DNA of 48,844 nucleotides, counting the filler, from Catajapyx aquilonaris (taxonomy: Eukaryota), in assembly GCA_000934665.2 (NCBI GenBank). It is 2 parts of 2 records of this genome, joined end to end, with 100 filler letters (N's around TTAATTAATTAA, not from the genome) between each part and the next. Parts side by side here need not be neighbours in the genome. Positions count along the whole stretch, not along the records: positions 1 to 24,378 come from JYFJ02005527.1; 1 more part is not named here. One strand, written 5' to 3'. The translations under genes were made by a program, and so were the position numbers. Shown piece after piece: positions 1 through 11,029 of the stretch. A model generated the notes under the pieces. The model was not told the origin of the DNA and did no database searches. It was given only the letters and a program-made list of their open reading frames with translations. Position 1 is the first letter of the stretch. The number at the start of each line of letters is the position of its first letter.

Positions 1-1267
1 TGTCCGCGGTTAATTCAAAGTCAAATTCCTCATATCTCGCAGTCAACCAGGCATTTCAGTGTACCCTTTCGATTGGCACCACCCGGCCGCCAATTTTCCC
101 CGCCAATTTTGAAGGCACTTTTAAATGTGCCGTAATTTATCCAGTAATGTCATTTTGATGCAACAGAGTGATGGAATGTATGTTTACAGGCATGGGCTAG
201 CTAGTTATGAACAAAAATCCCAAATCCCAGACCAAGGCTAGTTCCCCATTGCCTATGGCACTGACAGAGTGAAACAGTTCATATGTAAATGCCGACAGTG
301 GAACGTCATCAGTCACAGATCAGCCAGTGGTTAAAATTAGTCTTTTATACTTAGCCAAAATTATGAACAAGACTTATTTTGCAAGGCAATACATTTTCAG
401 TGGTGACTGACTAATGCTCGAGGAAAATAGGGATTGCTCAGACATTGTAGGTGCTTGTGAATGTCACCCGACAAGCCTTCTGGTACCTCTGACTCATGTT
501 CTTAGTGTAGCTCTTTCATGAGTGGAAAACACTCAAGGCTGCCTCCCTCAATGAATTCGGCCCATAACTGCAGTTTCATTTTAAATGCACCCATTGCATC
601 AAAGACTGTAAGAAACCTTGCAGACAAAGATTCATTTCATTTACCTTGGCAAAAATATCTGCTAAATGTAAGAGAGTTTGCAGAGTCACTCTTCATCAGT
701 CAGTAAGTTTGCCAAATTAATGTTGTGATCCTCCATTAAAAATGATCGTACTTCATTCTGTAACTGCATCGAACATGTAAGGGCAATTCCACGTGAACGT
801 GATCACCTTTTTCACGAAAAAATTTGCCCGTCGATGAGTGTGAGATATGTTTGAGTCCATGTCAAGTCATGACCTTTCCCATAAGGATTTGGTCCGCCGA
901 TGCGTGGTTGCCTATCTACAGGCGCTAATTGCACTTGGATCACGGTTAGAGGCGCCCCCCTATTACATTTCCATGACAACGTAAATGCATGATGTAATAC
1001 ATGTTTCATGTGTGAAATTGTCTCCTCTTTCCGACAAAAATAGTCGCTTTCCGATAGCTGTGCAAATTCATGTCAAAATGCGACATTTTTGCAAACAAAT
1101 GACATTTTCAAAAAAGTGCCAAAGTCAAATGGCATTAAATTGATATCAAAATACACCTTGAAGTGTCCTCTATCAGTGGTACAAACGGAATTTTGGAATA
1201 CGAAGTGGTTCCGGAGCTATAGGTACTGACGTGGAGAGGTGCAGGAGTGCAATTCCATTATAGTCTA

Positions 1268-1404
1268 CAGGGTGCGGAAATTTAATCTACCTTCGCTTTG
1301 GGTAGTTATGATTCGGAGACCCACGATTCATATATTTAAAATGATCGTTTGGAAGCCCCCTACCATCCCCCAAAGCGAAGGTAGATTAAATTTTCCGCAC
1401 CCTG
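1268..1404. mobile_element. Tc1/mariner-type MITE nested in the Sola2 3' subterminal region
   Basis: TA|CAGGGTGCGGAAA-TTTAATCTACCTTCGCTTTGGG ... CCCAAAGCGAAGGTAGATTAAATTTTCCGCACCCTG|TA. Confidence 0.8.
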
Positions 1405-1608
1405 TATGGTACAAGTCTCAACAGTGAATGTTCATTTGGACTGTGACTAGGAAGGAATAGACAATAGAGGAATGAACACACAAATAAAATGTAGGCTACA
1501 CGTTTTTATTATTATTTTAACTAATCCGGCATATTTTAACACTTGACACTTGTGAAAATGGAAACTTTGTTGAACATGACCAAGGAATTTTCATTTATTC
1601 TTACTATT

Positions 1609-3930
1609 CTACAGTATGGTAAATACTTCACAGTTTGTGAAAGAAGAGAATTTTTTTGCAATCAACTCCTTCTTCTCGTAGTTGGGAATAAAACAATGGA
1701 ATTGTAATGTTCCAGGGATTGTCCTCGCCATAGAAAATCTTTTGCGCAGTTCATCTTTTGTTCTCTGGTGATCCACTGATGAATAAAAAAGAATAGCTGT
1801 TTCCTGTTCATTTTCGATAGCCCACATGTACACCGAAATTGGATCCAGCATCACTGTTCCTTGGAGGCTAGCTTTAGAAGCTCTCATTTTTAAGTTACCC
1901 CCTACACCGTCGCAGGGACCCTTCCCATGGGCTGTGGCATGAAAGTGCCATTCAGCTGGTATCCCAAAATCATCTTTATGGTTCATCAGGTTGATAAATT
2001 GATGTTTGTTCTTAAAATGCTGAGCTGCACCGTCTGTCACGTAGAAAACTTTTTCAGGGTTTATGCCCTTTTCCCTTACATGCTTTAACAAGAGTTGTTG
2101 GCACAAATATACAGCTGAGGTATCATGGTTTTTTGCATCAGAGAGAATAGCAATACTTAGATGTTCAAGCTTTCCATCCTTCATGAAGTAGCAAACAACT
2201 GTAAAAATAGAGACTTGTTCTTTTCCCCAATGAAAAGACTGAGCTTCGTTTTGTGCGACGACAGTGAAATTCTCAGCAAAATTCATTTGCACCATAAGTT
2301 CATTTTCTTTCAAATTTTCTTTTAAGTCCCCAAAAAATTCTGCCTGCATTTTGCTTACAAAATCGTGGGCTCTTAGTTTAATGATTTTGGCACAGAACAG
2401 TTCAACAAACTCACCTGTAGGTAATGTCTGATGTGTCAAAGTACACCTGTCTGTACTTTCCCACTGATCAAATTGAATATCATCAATACAGTCTCTATCA
2501 TACAGTTCAAGTAGCAGTTCACTCAAGACACTTGCTCCTGGGCAACTCGCACATTGCCCGTAGAAACAATCTACTGCTGGTGGCGAGCACATGGTGAAAT
2601 TAATAAAATCTCTGTATGAGCGCAGTGGCGTCTCGCAATTTTTTGTCAATTCTACAGCTGAGCCCCCTTCCAGCATAAGCTTGAAATTCTCATGATACAC
2701 ACACACACACACACTGTGTGCGTACCGTTGCCTCCTGCTAGGATGCACTGAAGGAGTCTCAGCTGTGCGAATTTACTAAATCCCACCTCAATATCATGAT
2801 ACTTGTGCTGGAATTTGGCGTACAGTTCCTCTAGATTGCACAAAATCAGTCTCTTGCGCTTATGAACCCTTTTCCCATCATTTTCCTTCACTGATTTGAT
2901 ATCCTTCGTTCCTGGCATAACACGCGAATTCTCGTCGCTCTCGTAAAAGTCCCTAATAACGCCAATAGTTTCCTCTGATAGAGATTTTCCTGGTTTTGGT
3001 CCAGGCTTCTCTCCGACACTAAGATTTCGGGCCTTACGTACTGTGCCTGTTGAACAGCCGAAATATATAGCCACCTGCCTCTCGGACCACGAGTGACGAG
3101 GAGCAAGTGACAATATTTGCAGCCTTTCAGTATCACTCTTTGATTGGTTATACCAATGTTTCAAATTTTGCAACACCTCCTTGCTTGCTGCGTTAAGTGA
3201 TGCCTCATCGGAGAGTCTGGCGTTCCTTTTTCTGGTTGGTGACGGGAAGATCGAACCTGTGTCATTGTCAGACGAGCAGGAGCTAGTTGACGGGATCTCA
3301 CTGACATTTGACTGCTGCGTTGAAGGCTGTAATATACATGCATCCTTAGGCGAGTGTCATTGACATATTCACCTTAACTATAGTGTCACCAGAAAAGTTA
3401 ATGAACCACATAAGAAAGAATGCAACACTTTCAACCATTCCTTAATCAACTATTTACCTGTGGGGAATCAGGGCATCCGGTTTCTAATTCTTGTGTAGCA
3501 GAACTGGGCTCATTAGCATCTACAAGTGGACCAGAACCACTGGAAGAACCTGCTCCAAGGTCTGGTAGCTCATTGTTCCCTGCTTTAACAACAAAATGTA
3601 CTTCGTCAATTTTGAGAATAATTGAACACTTGGAAACATACGTATTAATCGCCTTTATTCAATAAAGTCTAACATAATAATTTGACAGAACTCACCTTGC
3701 ATATTTGGGTTGGGCTGTGAAATCGAAGCCCTCCCTAACATCGGCCTACCACGTGGCAGAGGTTGTCGGCCTTCCAACTTAAGCCGGCAGTGAGTGCAGA
3801 CCATTGAACCTTTGGGAATGGTTCTATAATGTCTCAAAAGTGGACGAGAAACTGGCCGAAATCTTCCTGTACCTCTCCCGTGCCGAGAAAGTTTGAATGG
3901 GTTATAGCACCGATCATTGTGTAATGGCAT
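1609..3930 (-). pseudogene. Sola2 transposase, 3 exons (3930-3696, 3579-3458, 3326-1609), about 690 aa once the frameshift is repaired
   Basis: GT-AG introns join the exons in frame. N-terminal C-x-NPF...H...CxxC module; motifs HTVCVC.YHEN, (D>N)FAEN..QNEAQSFHW, SD..HD, YVTDGAAQHFKN, HATAHGKGPCDGVGG. +2 frameshift in the (GT)n tract at about 2697-2714. AATAAA on the minus strand at 1594-1599, just after the stop. Confidence 0.88.
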
Positions 3931-5061
3931 CTTGATTACTGGCAACACTAACACTCTGTTCACATTTTCTGCAGACTACACTGCACTACGACAACGAGCA
4001 GGTCCATGTATTACGTGTCCGGCACTAATAACTTCCAACCAGGAGGCCGAATAAATAGTAGTGTACGTAGTAGTGTACCTCTTCCTTCCGGCTGAAGACC
4101 TGCTATGCTGTGACAGGTGGCTGTCACCACAGACTAGCTGTCACTGCGGCTCGCCTATACTACTATACAATATTTGGCTTCAACGAAAGACGTTCATGGG
4201 GTTTTCCCAAGGTTCCGCCTAAAAAATCTGCCACCCCACCTCACATGGTCCTCCTAAATGCGACCCTTCTCACCAAGCTTAATCCGGAAAAGGGTCCGGA
4301 AAAGGGTTGGCTGGAGGTTAAGAAATTTTGTGTTCTTGAAAGAAAGCAGGAACTCATGCTTTGAATCGAAAGTTTGCACAGTAGCGGACCAAGGTTTTTT
4401 TCGAACTATATTTCTTAAGTGAATTAAACACAAAGGACAAGCGTACACTATAGTCTACCTGAGACATGAAGACGGACCTAGGTGGGGCCGCTCCTTTTCA
4501 TTCTGGGGGCTTGGCCACTAGCGCAGCGCTCCACGTCAGTACCTATAGCTCCGGAACCACTTCGTATTCCAAAATTCCGTTTGTACCACTGATAGAGGAC
4601 ACTTCAAGGTGTATTTTGATATCAATTTAATGCCATTTGACTTTGGCACTTTTTTGAAAATGTCATTTGTTTGCAAAAATGTCGCATTTTGACATGAATT
4701 TGCACAGCTATCGGAAAGCGACTATTTTTGTCGGAAAGAGGAGACAATTTCACACATGAAACATGTATTACATCATGCATTTACGTTGTCATGGAAATGT
4801 AATAGGGGGGCGCCTCGAACCGTGATCCAAGTGCAATTAGCGCCTGTAGATAGGCAACCACGCATCGGCGGACCAAATCCTTATGGGAAAGGTCATGACT
4901 TGACATGGACTCAAACATATCTCACACTCATCGACGGGCAAATTTTTTCGTGAAAAAGGTGATCACGTTCACGTGGAATTGCCCGTAAATGCTTTTCCTC
5001 GGGACAGCCACCTGGCTTCTGTGTGAGGAAGCAAGGATTATGAAGAATCAGCGCCTTAATA

Positions 5062-6107
5062 TCATATTACCTCACTTATTGCGGCATGCCGGTGTAGGGG
5101 AGGTCGACCAGTTTTTAGAAATCCTCGATCTGGTGGCTATACCGGCATGCTGGTCTAAGCGAGGTATGCCAGTATAAGGCGAGGTTTTCTTACGATCTCG
5201 ATGAAAATTATTATTACTCAAAGGAATGCATTACACCATGTTCTATGGTACGGATACAGCCCAGGACACTTCTATCCCCAGACACATCTCATAAGATCGT
5301 TCATTAAGTTCAAACTTTACGGCAACATTTTCAATTAAAAGTGCAAGGCTGCTAGAAGGGAAGCATACCTACCAGGATATTTCATACGTTTTTTATTATC
5401 TGAGTGACGAGGCTTCTTAGACAAATTAATACCACTACGGAAAGTGATCCTCTGATTGTCAACGAGATCTGCGACCAACGAACTATTGATAGCAAAATGA
5501 AGGACTGAAGGAAATTGCCTTGATCCTTAGCAGATCCTTTGTAATGTTTAGGGGAGTTCGCCTCTCAGAGCAGGCTGCCAATCGGATTGGTCACACTATG
5601 CCCTGTGCAACAGATGAACTTTTTATTTATTTATTTATTTATCATACCCCGTGCTAGAGCCTTTGGCTCTCTTAGGGGGGTGGATTACCACCATTGGATG
5701 GGACCAGGGATAGGGAAGGAAGGAAGCGGCTGTGGCCTATTTTTACGGAAACTACCCCGGAATTGTCCTGGGGGGACCATGGGAAACCACAGAAAACCAT
5801 GGTCAGGGTCGCCGGCCCCGGGATTCGAACCCAGGACCTCCCGATTAGCAGGCCGGCTCCTTATCCCCTACACCAACCTGCTTCGGTGCAACAGATGAAC
5901 TTGCATTCTCACAGCTCTGCACTCGCACATTTTTCACCGTAACATTATTTTAGTACAGTATCAGATGCATTCCAAAAAATTCAACAAGGATCAAAATTAT
6001 GGAAATCTACCTCTGGTATTGTGGCATGCCGACCACCCCCGGGTTATACCGGCATGCTGGTCGACCTCTTTTTATACGGGCATGCCACAATAAGTGAGGT
6101 AATACGG
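5062..6107. mobile_element. pogo/Tc1-like MITE carrying a SINE insertion
   Basis: Inverted ends TATTACCTCACTTATTG(C/T)GGCATGCC...GGTCGACCAG, with TA on both sides. Confidence 0.7.
5622..5885 (-). mobile_element. tRNA-derived SINE, family A
   Basis: A box TGGTGTAGGGG and B box GGTTCGAATCC; (AAAT)n tail; 17-bp TSD GTGCAACAGATGAACTT at 5605-5621 and 5886-5902. Confidence 0.88.
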
Positions 6108-6775
6108 TACAAATTTTGAACAGCCTGGATTTCAGAGACCGCGACTTAATGTAATTTCAAATAATTTGTAGAGCCTAGTCTGAAATTTTTTTTTTAAGAG
6201 AGGACTCAGGCATTTTTTATAACGGCTAAGACTTGTATGACTGTGTAAGAATAGTGACTACTGTTGCACGGTTCCTTGCGCCTTCGATTTTTCTTTTATT
6301 CGGATGATAGCTCCTGAAGTCGGCTGCCTTTGGGTCAACTGTGCATACATTGATGCAGTTGTTCCATGAAATGGCATTTGTGGTGAAAAATTAGTCCAAT
6401 AAACTAAAAATTTACACACCATTGCACAGGGCGGCAGATTCGGAAAAAGTTGGTCAGAAGTCCCCAGTTCAATTGTGACCTGGAAAGTGCATGAATTTCC
6501 GAAATTGCCATTCAAGGAGCACATTTTGATAGAATGTGCATGTGAATGAGTCATAGGAAGAACATGGTGGTCGTGAATCCAATATATGTATAGAGAGCCA
6601 TAGTAAACCATACAGCCGAAATCATCCCAACACAATTTTATTTGGTCAAGGAAGCCATTGAAAATAAATGTGTCCTCTACATAAAATGACCGAAAATTGT
6701 TATTTTAAAAATGGCGTTAAAAATGCCGTGAATCATGCCATGAATCATGCCATGAATCATGCCCTGAATCCAATA

Positions 6776-7169
6776 CAGGGTGGACCAACTTCAAGTGTCG
6801 TTTTATAACGGCGATTAATAGCAATGATTTTGCGATGACGTAGCAGCGACATGTAAAATGTCCCACTTCGGCGCCATCGAAAATATTAGCTGCCAATAGC
6901 AGCACACATGTAATCAACCCTGCTGCTGGGTTGACCTGGAAAAAAGGAGGTGCACACATGACCTGCGATGCGCCTGGGTGAAATGGGTGACGTCCAAGGC
7001 ACCAGATGGACCATGGACCTGTAATGCAAGGGGGAAGCCTGCAAACGAAACACAGCTAATATTTTCGATGGCGACGAAGTGGGCTATTTTACACGTTGCT
7101 GCTACGTCAATCGTAAAGCGCTTCTATTAATAGCCGTTATAAAATGACACTTGAAGTTGGTCCACCCTG
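6776..7169. mobile_element. Tc1/mariner-type MITE
   Basis: TA|CAGGGTGGACCAACTTCAAGTGTC...GACACTTGAAGTTGGTCCACCCTG|TA, long imperfect palindrome. Confidence 0.85.
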
Positions 7170-7425
7170 TATATGAATAGAGAGCCTTAATAAAACATAC
7201 AATCCAAATCATTCCAAGTCAATTTAATTTGGTCTAGGAAGTTATTCAAAACGAATGTGTCCTCTACATGAAACAACGGGAAAATGTTATTTAAAAAATG
7301 GCGACCATTCACAGTGTAAGATATCGTCGCTGGCAATCCAATACCTCGTATCTCGCACTTTGGCCGATTTCCAGTTTTCCATGGTTTTGCAGCAGTCAAT
7401 ACAAGCCCCATCTGTTGGCAAAACC

Positions 7426-7792
7426 TTTTTTTTAATATCTTTTTTTTTACGTTACCCGTGATAGGGCCATAGGCCCTTATAGGGGGGTGGAATACCACCA
7501 TTTTTCCTTCAATTTTCTGATTTTTCTTCTAACTCCGGTGCAAGGATGAAAGGACATGAGGTAAGAATATAGGGATTTTTGGGGAGGGAACATTGGTGCA
7601 AGTGCAATGTCGGTAAAGGGGTCATGTGCTGTTCCCCAGGAGGTTAGGGTGCCAGACACCTCCTTGGTGCAGGTCAGAGACCCATCCTGACGCAGGTGAA
7701 AGGAAAGTTCCCCAGGCGGGGATCAAACCCGGGGCCTTTCACTCAGCAAGCCGAGACGTTACCATCTCGGCCATCTACGTACACCTCCCCCC
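7426..7792 (-). mobile_element. tRNA-derived SINE, family B
   Basis: Head TGGCCGAGATGG...GGTTTGATCCC, shared structured tail, A-rich end; second copy at 31630-31883. Confidence 0.82.
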
Positions 7793-7991
7793 AAACCTCA
7801 TATTCCCTAGACAACCCCAAAAAATAATAAATAAATAAATAAATAGGGATTTTCTGTTGTATGCCAGTACTTTAAGAAATAGTTATTTCCTTCTCCTGTA
7901 AAGTTGGGTTCTTCGTAGATAAGAGGTATTGGATTGCCAGTGACGATATATAGCATGGAGCAAATAGCCATTTTTAAAATAACAATTCTCG

Positions 7992-8339
7992 TGGGGAGAT
8001 GAAGTGGCGTCGCGGTAATGCGTGCGCCCACGGATATGAAGGTCCCGGGTTCAATCCCCACCCGGGGTTCCCACCTTTATCCGTGCAGAGTTGGGCCATC
8101 TCTGGCTTCATTTCGGGTGGCAATTTCCGACAGACTAAGCCACCCGGGGGAGTTCACAAAATGACCAATTAACGACAGCGCACATGCACTTTGCACATCC
8201 CCTCCCACCTACCCTTGGAGTACACTAATAAGATCCTTCTTAACTCACTCCAACTAATCCCGATGGTGGTAATTCCACCCCCCCTATATAAGGAGTAGAT
8301 AGCTCTCCCCGTGGGGTATTTAAAAAAAAAAAAAAAAAA
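7992..8339 (+). mobile_element. tRNA-derived SINE, family C
   Basis: Head TGGCGTCGCGG...GGTTCAATCCC, poly(A) tail; second copy at 16446-16817. Confidence 0.82.
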
Positions 8340-8480
8340 TCTCGGTCATTTTATGTAGAGGACACATTCATTTTCAATGGCTTCCTTGACCGAATAAAAT
8401 TGTCTTGGGATGATTTCGGCTGTATGTTTTACTATGGCTTTCTATACATACAGTAAAACTTCTCTAAGTCGAACTTCCAA

Positions 8481-9404
8481 CAGTTAATCACCAACGTGGG
8501 GTCTTTTTGGACCCCACAATGTAGTTAATACCATCGCGATTAATAAATTTGATATGAAATGAAAAATGGCAGGCCTATATTCCTCAGACTTACTTTCTTC
8601 GATCCACTGAAAAATTTTGACATCAGTAGAATTTTTTTTAGCCGAGTTACTGGTACTTTTATGCTGCTAAGCGTCCCTGTGGGGTCCAGATATACCCCAC
8701 GTCGTAGCCAATGTACATAATTTTTTAGAGAACACATCACAGCGCATCACAGCAAAATGGTATTTTATAAAGTGTGAGTGTTGTTATTCAGCAATAAATA
8801 ATAATAATAATGGATACCCCGTGATAAGCCTCCTTGGGCTTTTTAGGGGATCATCTTTTTAATTAACCGTCTTTAATCATTGCCTTTGCTGTGATGGATT
8901 TTGATAGTGGGAGGAAACGGGAGAACCCCGAGAAAACCCACGCGAACACGGAGAGAACCCATCGAAACTCTATCCACATAAGTATCCTCTGTCCGATCCG
9001 GGGATCGAACTCGGGACCTTAGAGGTGGAAGGCTGCGGCGCTAACCACTCCGCCACCGTGTCGCCCTTATTCAGCAATAAATATCGCTGGGAACTAAAAT
9101 CTTGCAGACCCTGCAGCTGGGAATGTTTACGTTATAAGTCGTTACTTACGGCATCGAGCTGGAAGGCTACGAAGGTGCGATAACGGAGTCTCAAGTCCCT
9201 TATGACTCAACTAATGGTCACAGGAGATCCATTTTTTTTACACATACAGATGAGAATACAGGCCAAATTTAGTGGGGAAGAATGGCTAGTGCTAGAATGG
9301 CCCTAGTGCTACTAAGTCATTTTTTTTTAATGAAAACTGCGTGGGGTCTGTAAAGACCCCACGTCGTAGTCAATGTATGGAAGATTCACGTTGGTGATTT
9401 AGTG
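8481..9404. mobile_element. piggyBac-like MITE
   Basis: Inverted ends CA(G/C)T(T/A)AATCACCAACGTG; TTAA at the right end (left TSD eroded); internal GTGGGGTC..GACCCCAC palindromes. Confidence 0.55.
8801..9066 (-). mobile_element. tRNA-derived SINE with a V-SINE-type central domain (family D)
   Basis: A box TGGCGGAGTGG, B box GTTCGATCC; central GTTCTCTCCGTGTTCGCGTGGGTTTTCTCGGGGTTCTCCCGTTTCCTCCCAC resembles the V domain; 17-bp TSD TTATTCAGCAATAAATA at 8784-8800 and 9067-9083. Confidence 0.85.
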
Positions 9405-10368
9405 TTAAGTCGAAGTTCTCTATAAGTCGAAGAAAATGATGAGCTTGGTTGGTCACAATGTAAAAGAATAGGAAATAAACTTCGCTAACTCGAATTTCTA
9501 TAACTCAAAGTTCTCCATAACTCGAAGTGCAGGCAGGGCCTTACGATGGGATATCAATGCATTTTCAGTCTGCCTAGGTCGAAGTTCATGTTGGCGAGTA
9601 CGAAAAATTTCCTCGTTTCCCAGCCGAAGGGTCGAGAGTAGGCCACACGTACAGAAAGGCTCAATTTCCTGATCTCCGTCTACCAGACGTTACCAAAGAA
9701 GTGTTTGACTCGACTGTGACAATTGAATCCTTGAATCTAAGAGTAGCCAAATGTTCATAACTTAGATTTTTTTTTACAACAAAACAATGAGTAACATTGT
9801 AAGTGTGATAGTGACAGTTATTTTAAAGTTTTGAACACCTTTCGTCGCTGGCTTCCTTATAAAGTTCTGTGCTTTAAAAAATCCAAACTTCTCTAACTCG
9901 AATCTTCTATAACTGGAAGTTTTTTTCCGGTTCCATGGAGATTCGACTTATGAATGTTTTACTAGGTACTTTACAATAAAATATTTTGAAAAACAAGTTG
10001 TGCTTTCACAACTCAGCCGAAGCCATTTTCACCCGAACTTTGCCATCCATAACTCAAGAACTTAAAGAGCTAGGAAGCCGAGATTTTCAGGTTACTGGTT
10101 TCTCAGTACACAGTTTACACATTTAATATTTCAAAAAAATCTGAGCTGGTGGGTGACGTGGGCTGGATGAACTGACATGGAATGACTTTAAAGTTACCTG
10201 GGCTGTGCAAAGTATACCCTGCTGATGGTACACTGTTAATAGAATAAAATTCAAACTACTACATCATGTCACTGCAACAAAGGCTGTTTATTTGTCAGTG
10301 TAAAGGGTGCAGTTTGCAGTAAACGGCAGATATTTGATCAAAAAATTTACTCCCAATATACAACTCAC

Positions 10369-10484
10369 CAACAGACCAGCCCTATTTGCATTAAAAGCCA
10401 TGTCTCGTATCTGCTCTTGATGTATGTTGGAGACCAGTTCACAACGGCGAAGATCCATGTATCCGACCTTCCGCACTTCAAACC
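10369..10484 (-). pseudogene. Isolated RFWD3-like WD40 exon
   Basis: AG...GT-bounded exon encoding (G)FEVRKVGYMDLRRCELVSNIHQEQIRDMAFNANRAGLL, similar to the RFWD3 segment GFGVK...H.KQIR.LAF....GLL. No RING exon or other RFWD3 exons were recognised nearby. Confidence 0.55.
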
Positions 10485-11029
10485 CTGTGAACACAGCAAT
10501 CAATCCAATGATTCCCGAGGGCACCATCACTCCGCAGGCCGCAGCCACCAGCCACATTAAGGACCATCAGAGGACTCTTCATCAGCGTCCAAAAAGTCCT
10601 GTGCTTCTTGCGCTCTGCGTCTCCGGATATCCGATTGTCCGAGGGAGATTCATCAGAGTCCATCATGTATCGGATTTCTTGGACAAGTTGATAGGGTCTT
10701 CGGATCACCAGTTTGTTTTTTTTACCTGGAGCACGTGACTGGAGACACATACAAAATCATTGCTAACAGTTGGTAAATCCAGAACAGGCCGTTTAATCCC
10801 ATGACTATTGCTCAACAGTGCTTAAGAAATCTCGGCAAAATTTTAATGAGTGACCTTGGTAGCTGGTAGATCTTGCCCCATCTTCAGCTGCGTCGTGACC
10901 GCCTTCAGACCCACACCAGCTGTACTGTTGGCTGAACCACACGTGGGCTGAAAAAGAACGCCTGACTAGGAACCACAGCCATTGACTTATCTTGCGTTCA
11001 AAAAGATTACATGTGCCAGTCGACATTTA

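Larger units (their letters stand above)
781..4984 (-). mobile_element. Sola2-type DNA transposon, full length (4204 bp), with 456-bp TIRs
   Basis: TIRs 781-1236 and 4529-4984 compared base by base: one mismatch (948 vs 4817). Termini GGG...CCC fit the Sola2 GRG rule. 4-bp TSD GTAA at 777-780 and 4985-4988. Internal DDD-type transposase. Sola2 assignment is from recalled motifs and terminal/TSD rules. Confidence 0.88.
250..5060 (-). pseudogene. Degraded hAT (Buster/Charlie, ZBED5/FAM200-like) transposase fragment, split by the Sola2 insertion (pieces about 250-780 and 4989-5060)
   Basis: Removing 781-4988 gives the reading LLPHTEARWLSRGKAFTCSMQLQNEVRSFL...DEE*LCKLSY/LADIFAKVNEMNLCLQG...AFKMKLQLW...ECFPLM, which matches the HTEVRWLSRG...LAYL.DIF..LN.LNL.LQG...AF..KL.LW signature. 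Contains stops and frameshifts. Confidence 0.85.
6585..8450. mobile_element. Non-autonomous TIR element (about 130-bp TIRs) containing nested MITE and SINEs
   Basis: 6585-6716 is the reverse complement of 7968-7991 plus 8340-8450 (the right TIR is interrupted by a SINE); a diverged direct copy of the left TIR lies at about 7172-7303. Confidence 0.65.
8451..9964. mobile_element. Tigger/pogo-like MITE hosting a nested piggyBac-like element and a V-SINE
   Basis: TA|CAGTAAAACTTCTCTAAGTCGAA ... TTCGACTTATGAATGTTTTACT, with internal TAA(G/C)TCGAA subrepeats. Confidence 0.6.

Noticed and set aside
60..125. E2F/CHR-like motifs (CCGCCAATTTT twice, TTTGAA)
   Set aside because: Imperfect consensus at the window edge with no linked gene; similar motifs are common in MITEs.
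812..4953. Twin 65-aa ORFs (812-1009 minus and 4756-4953 plus)
   Set aside because: They are the two copies of the Sola2 TIR; there is no coding evidence.
10560..10645. CTGATGA motifs as a possible hammerhead ribozyme
   Set aside because: No correctly placed GAAA core or supporting stems.
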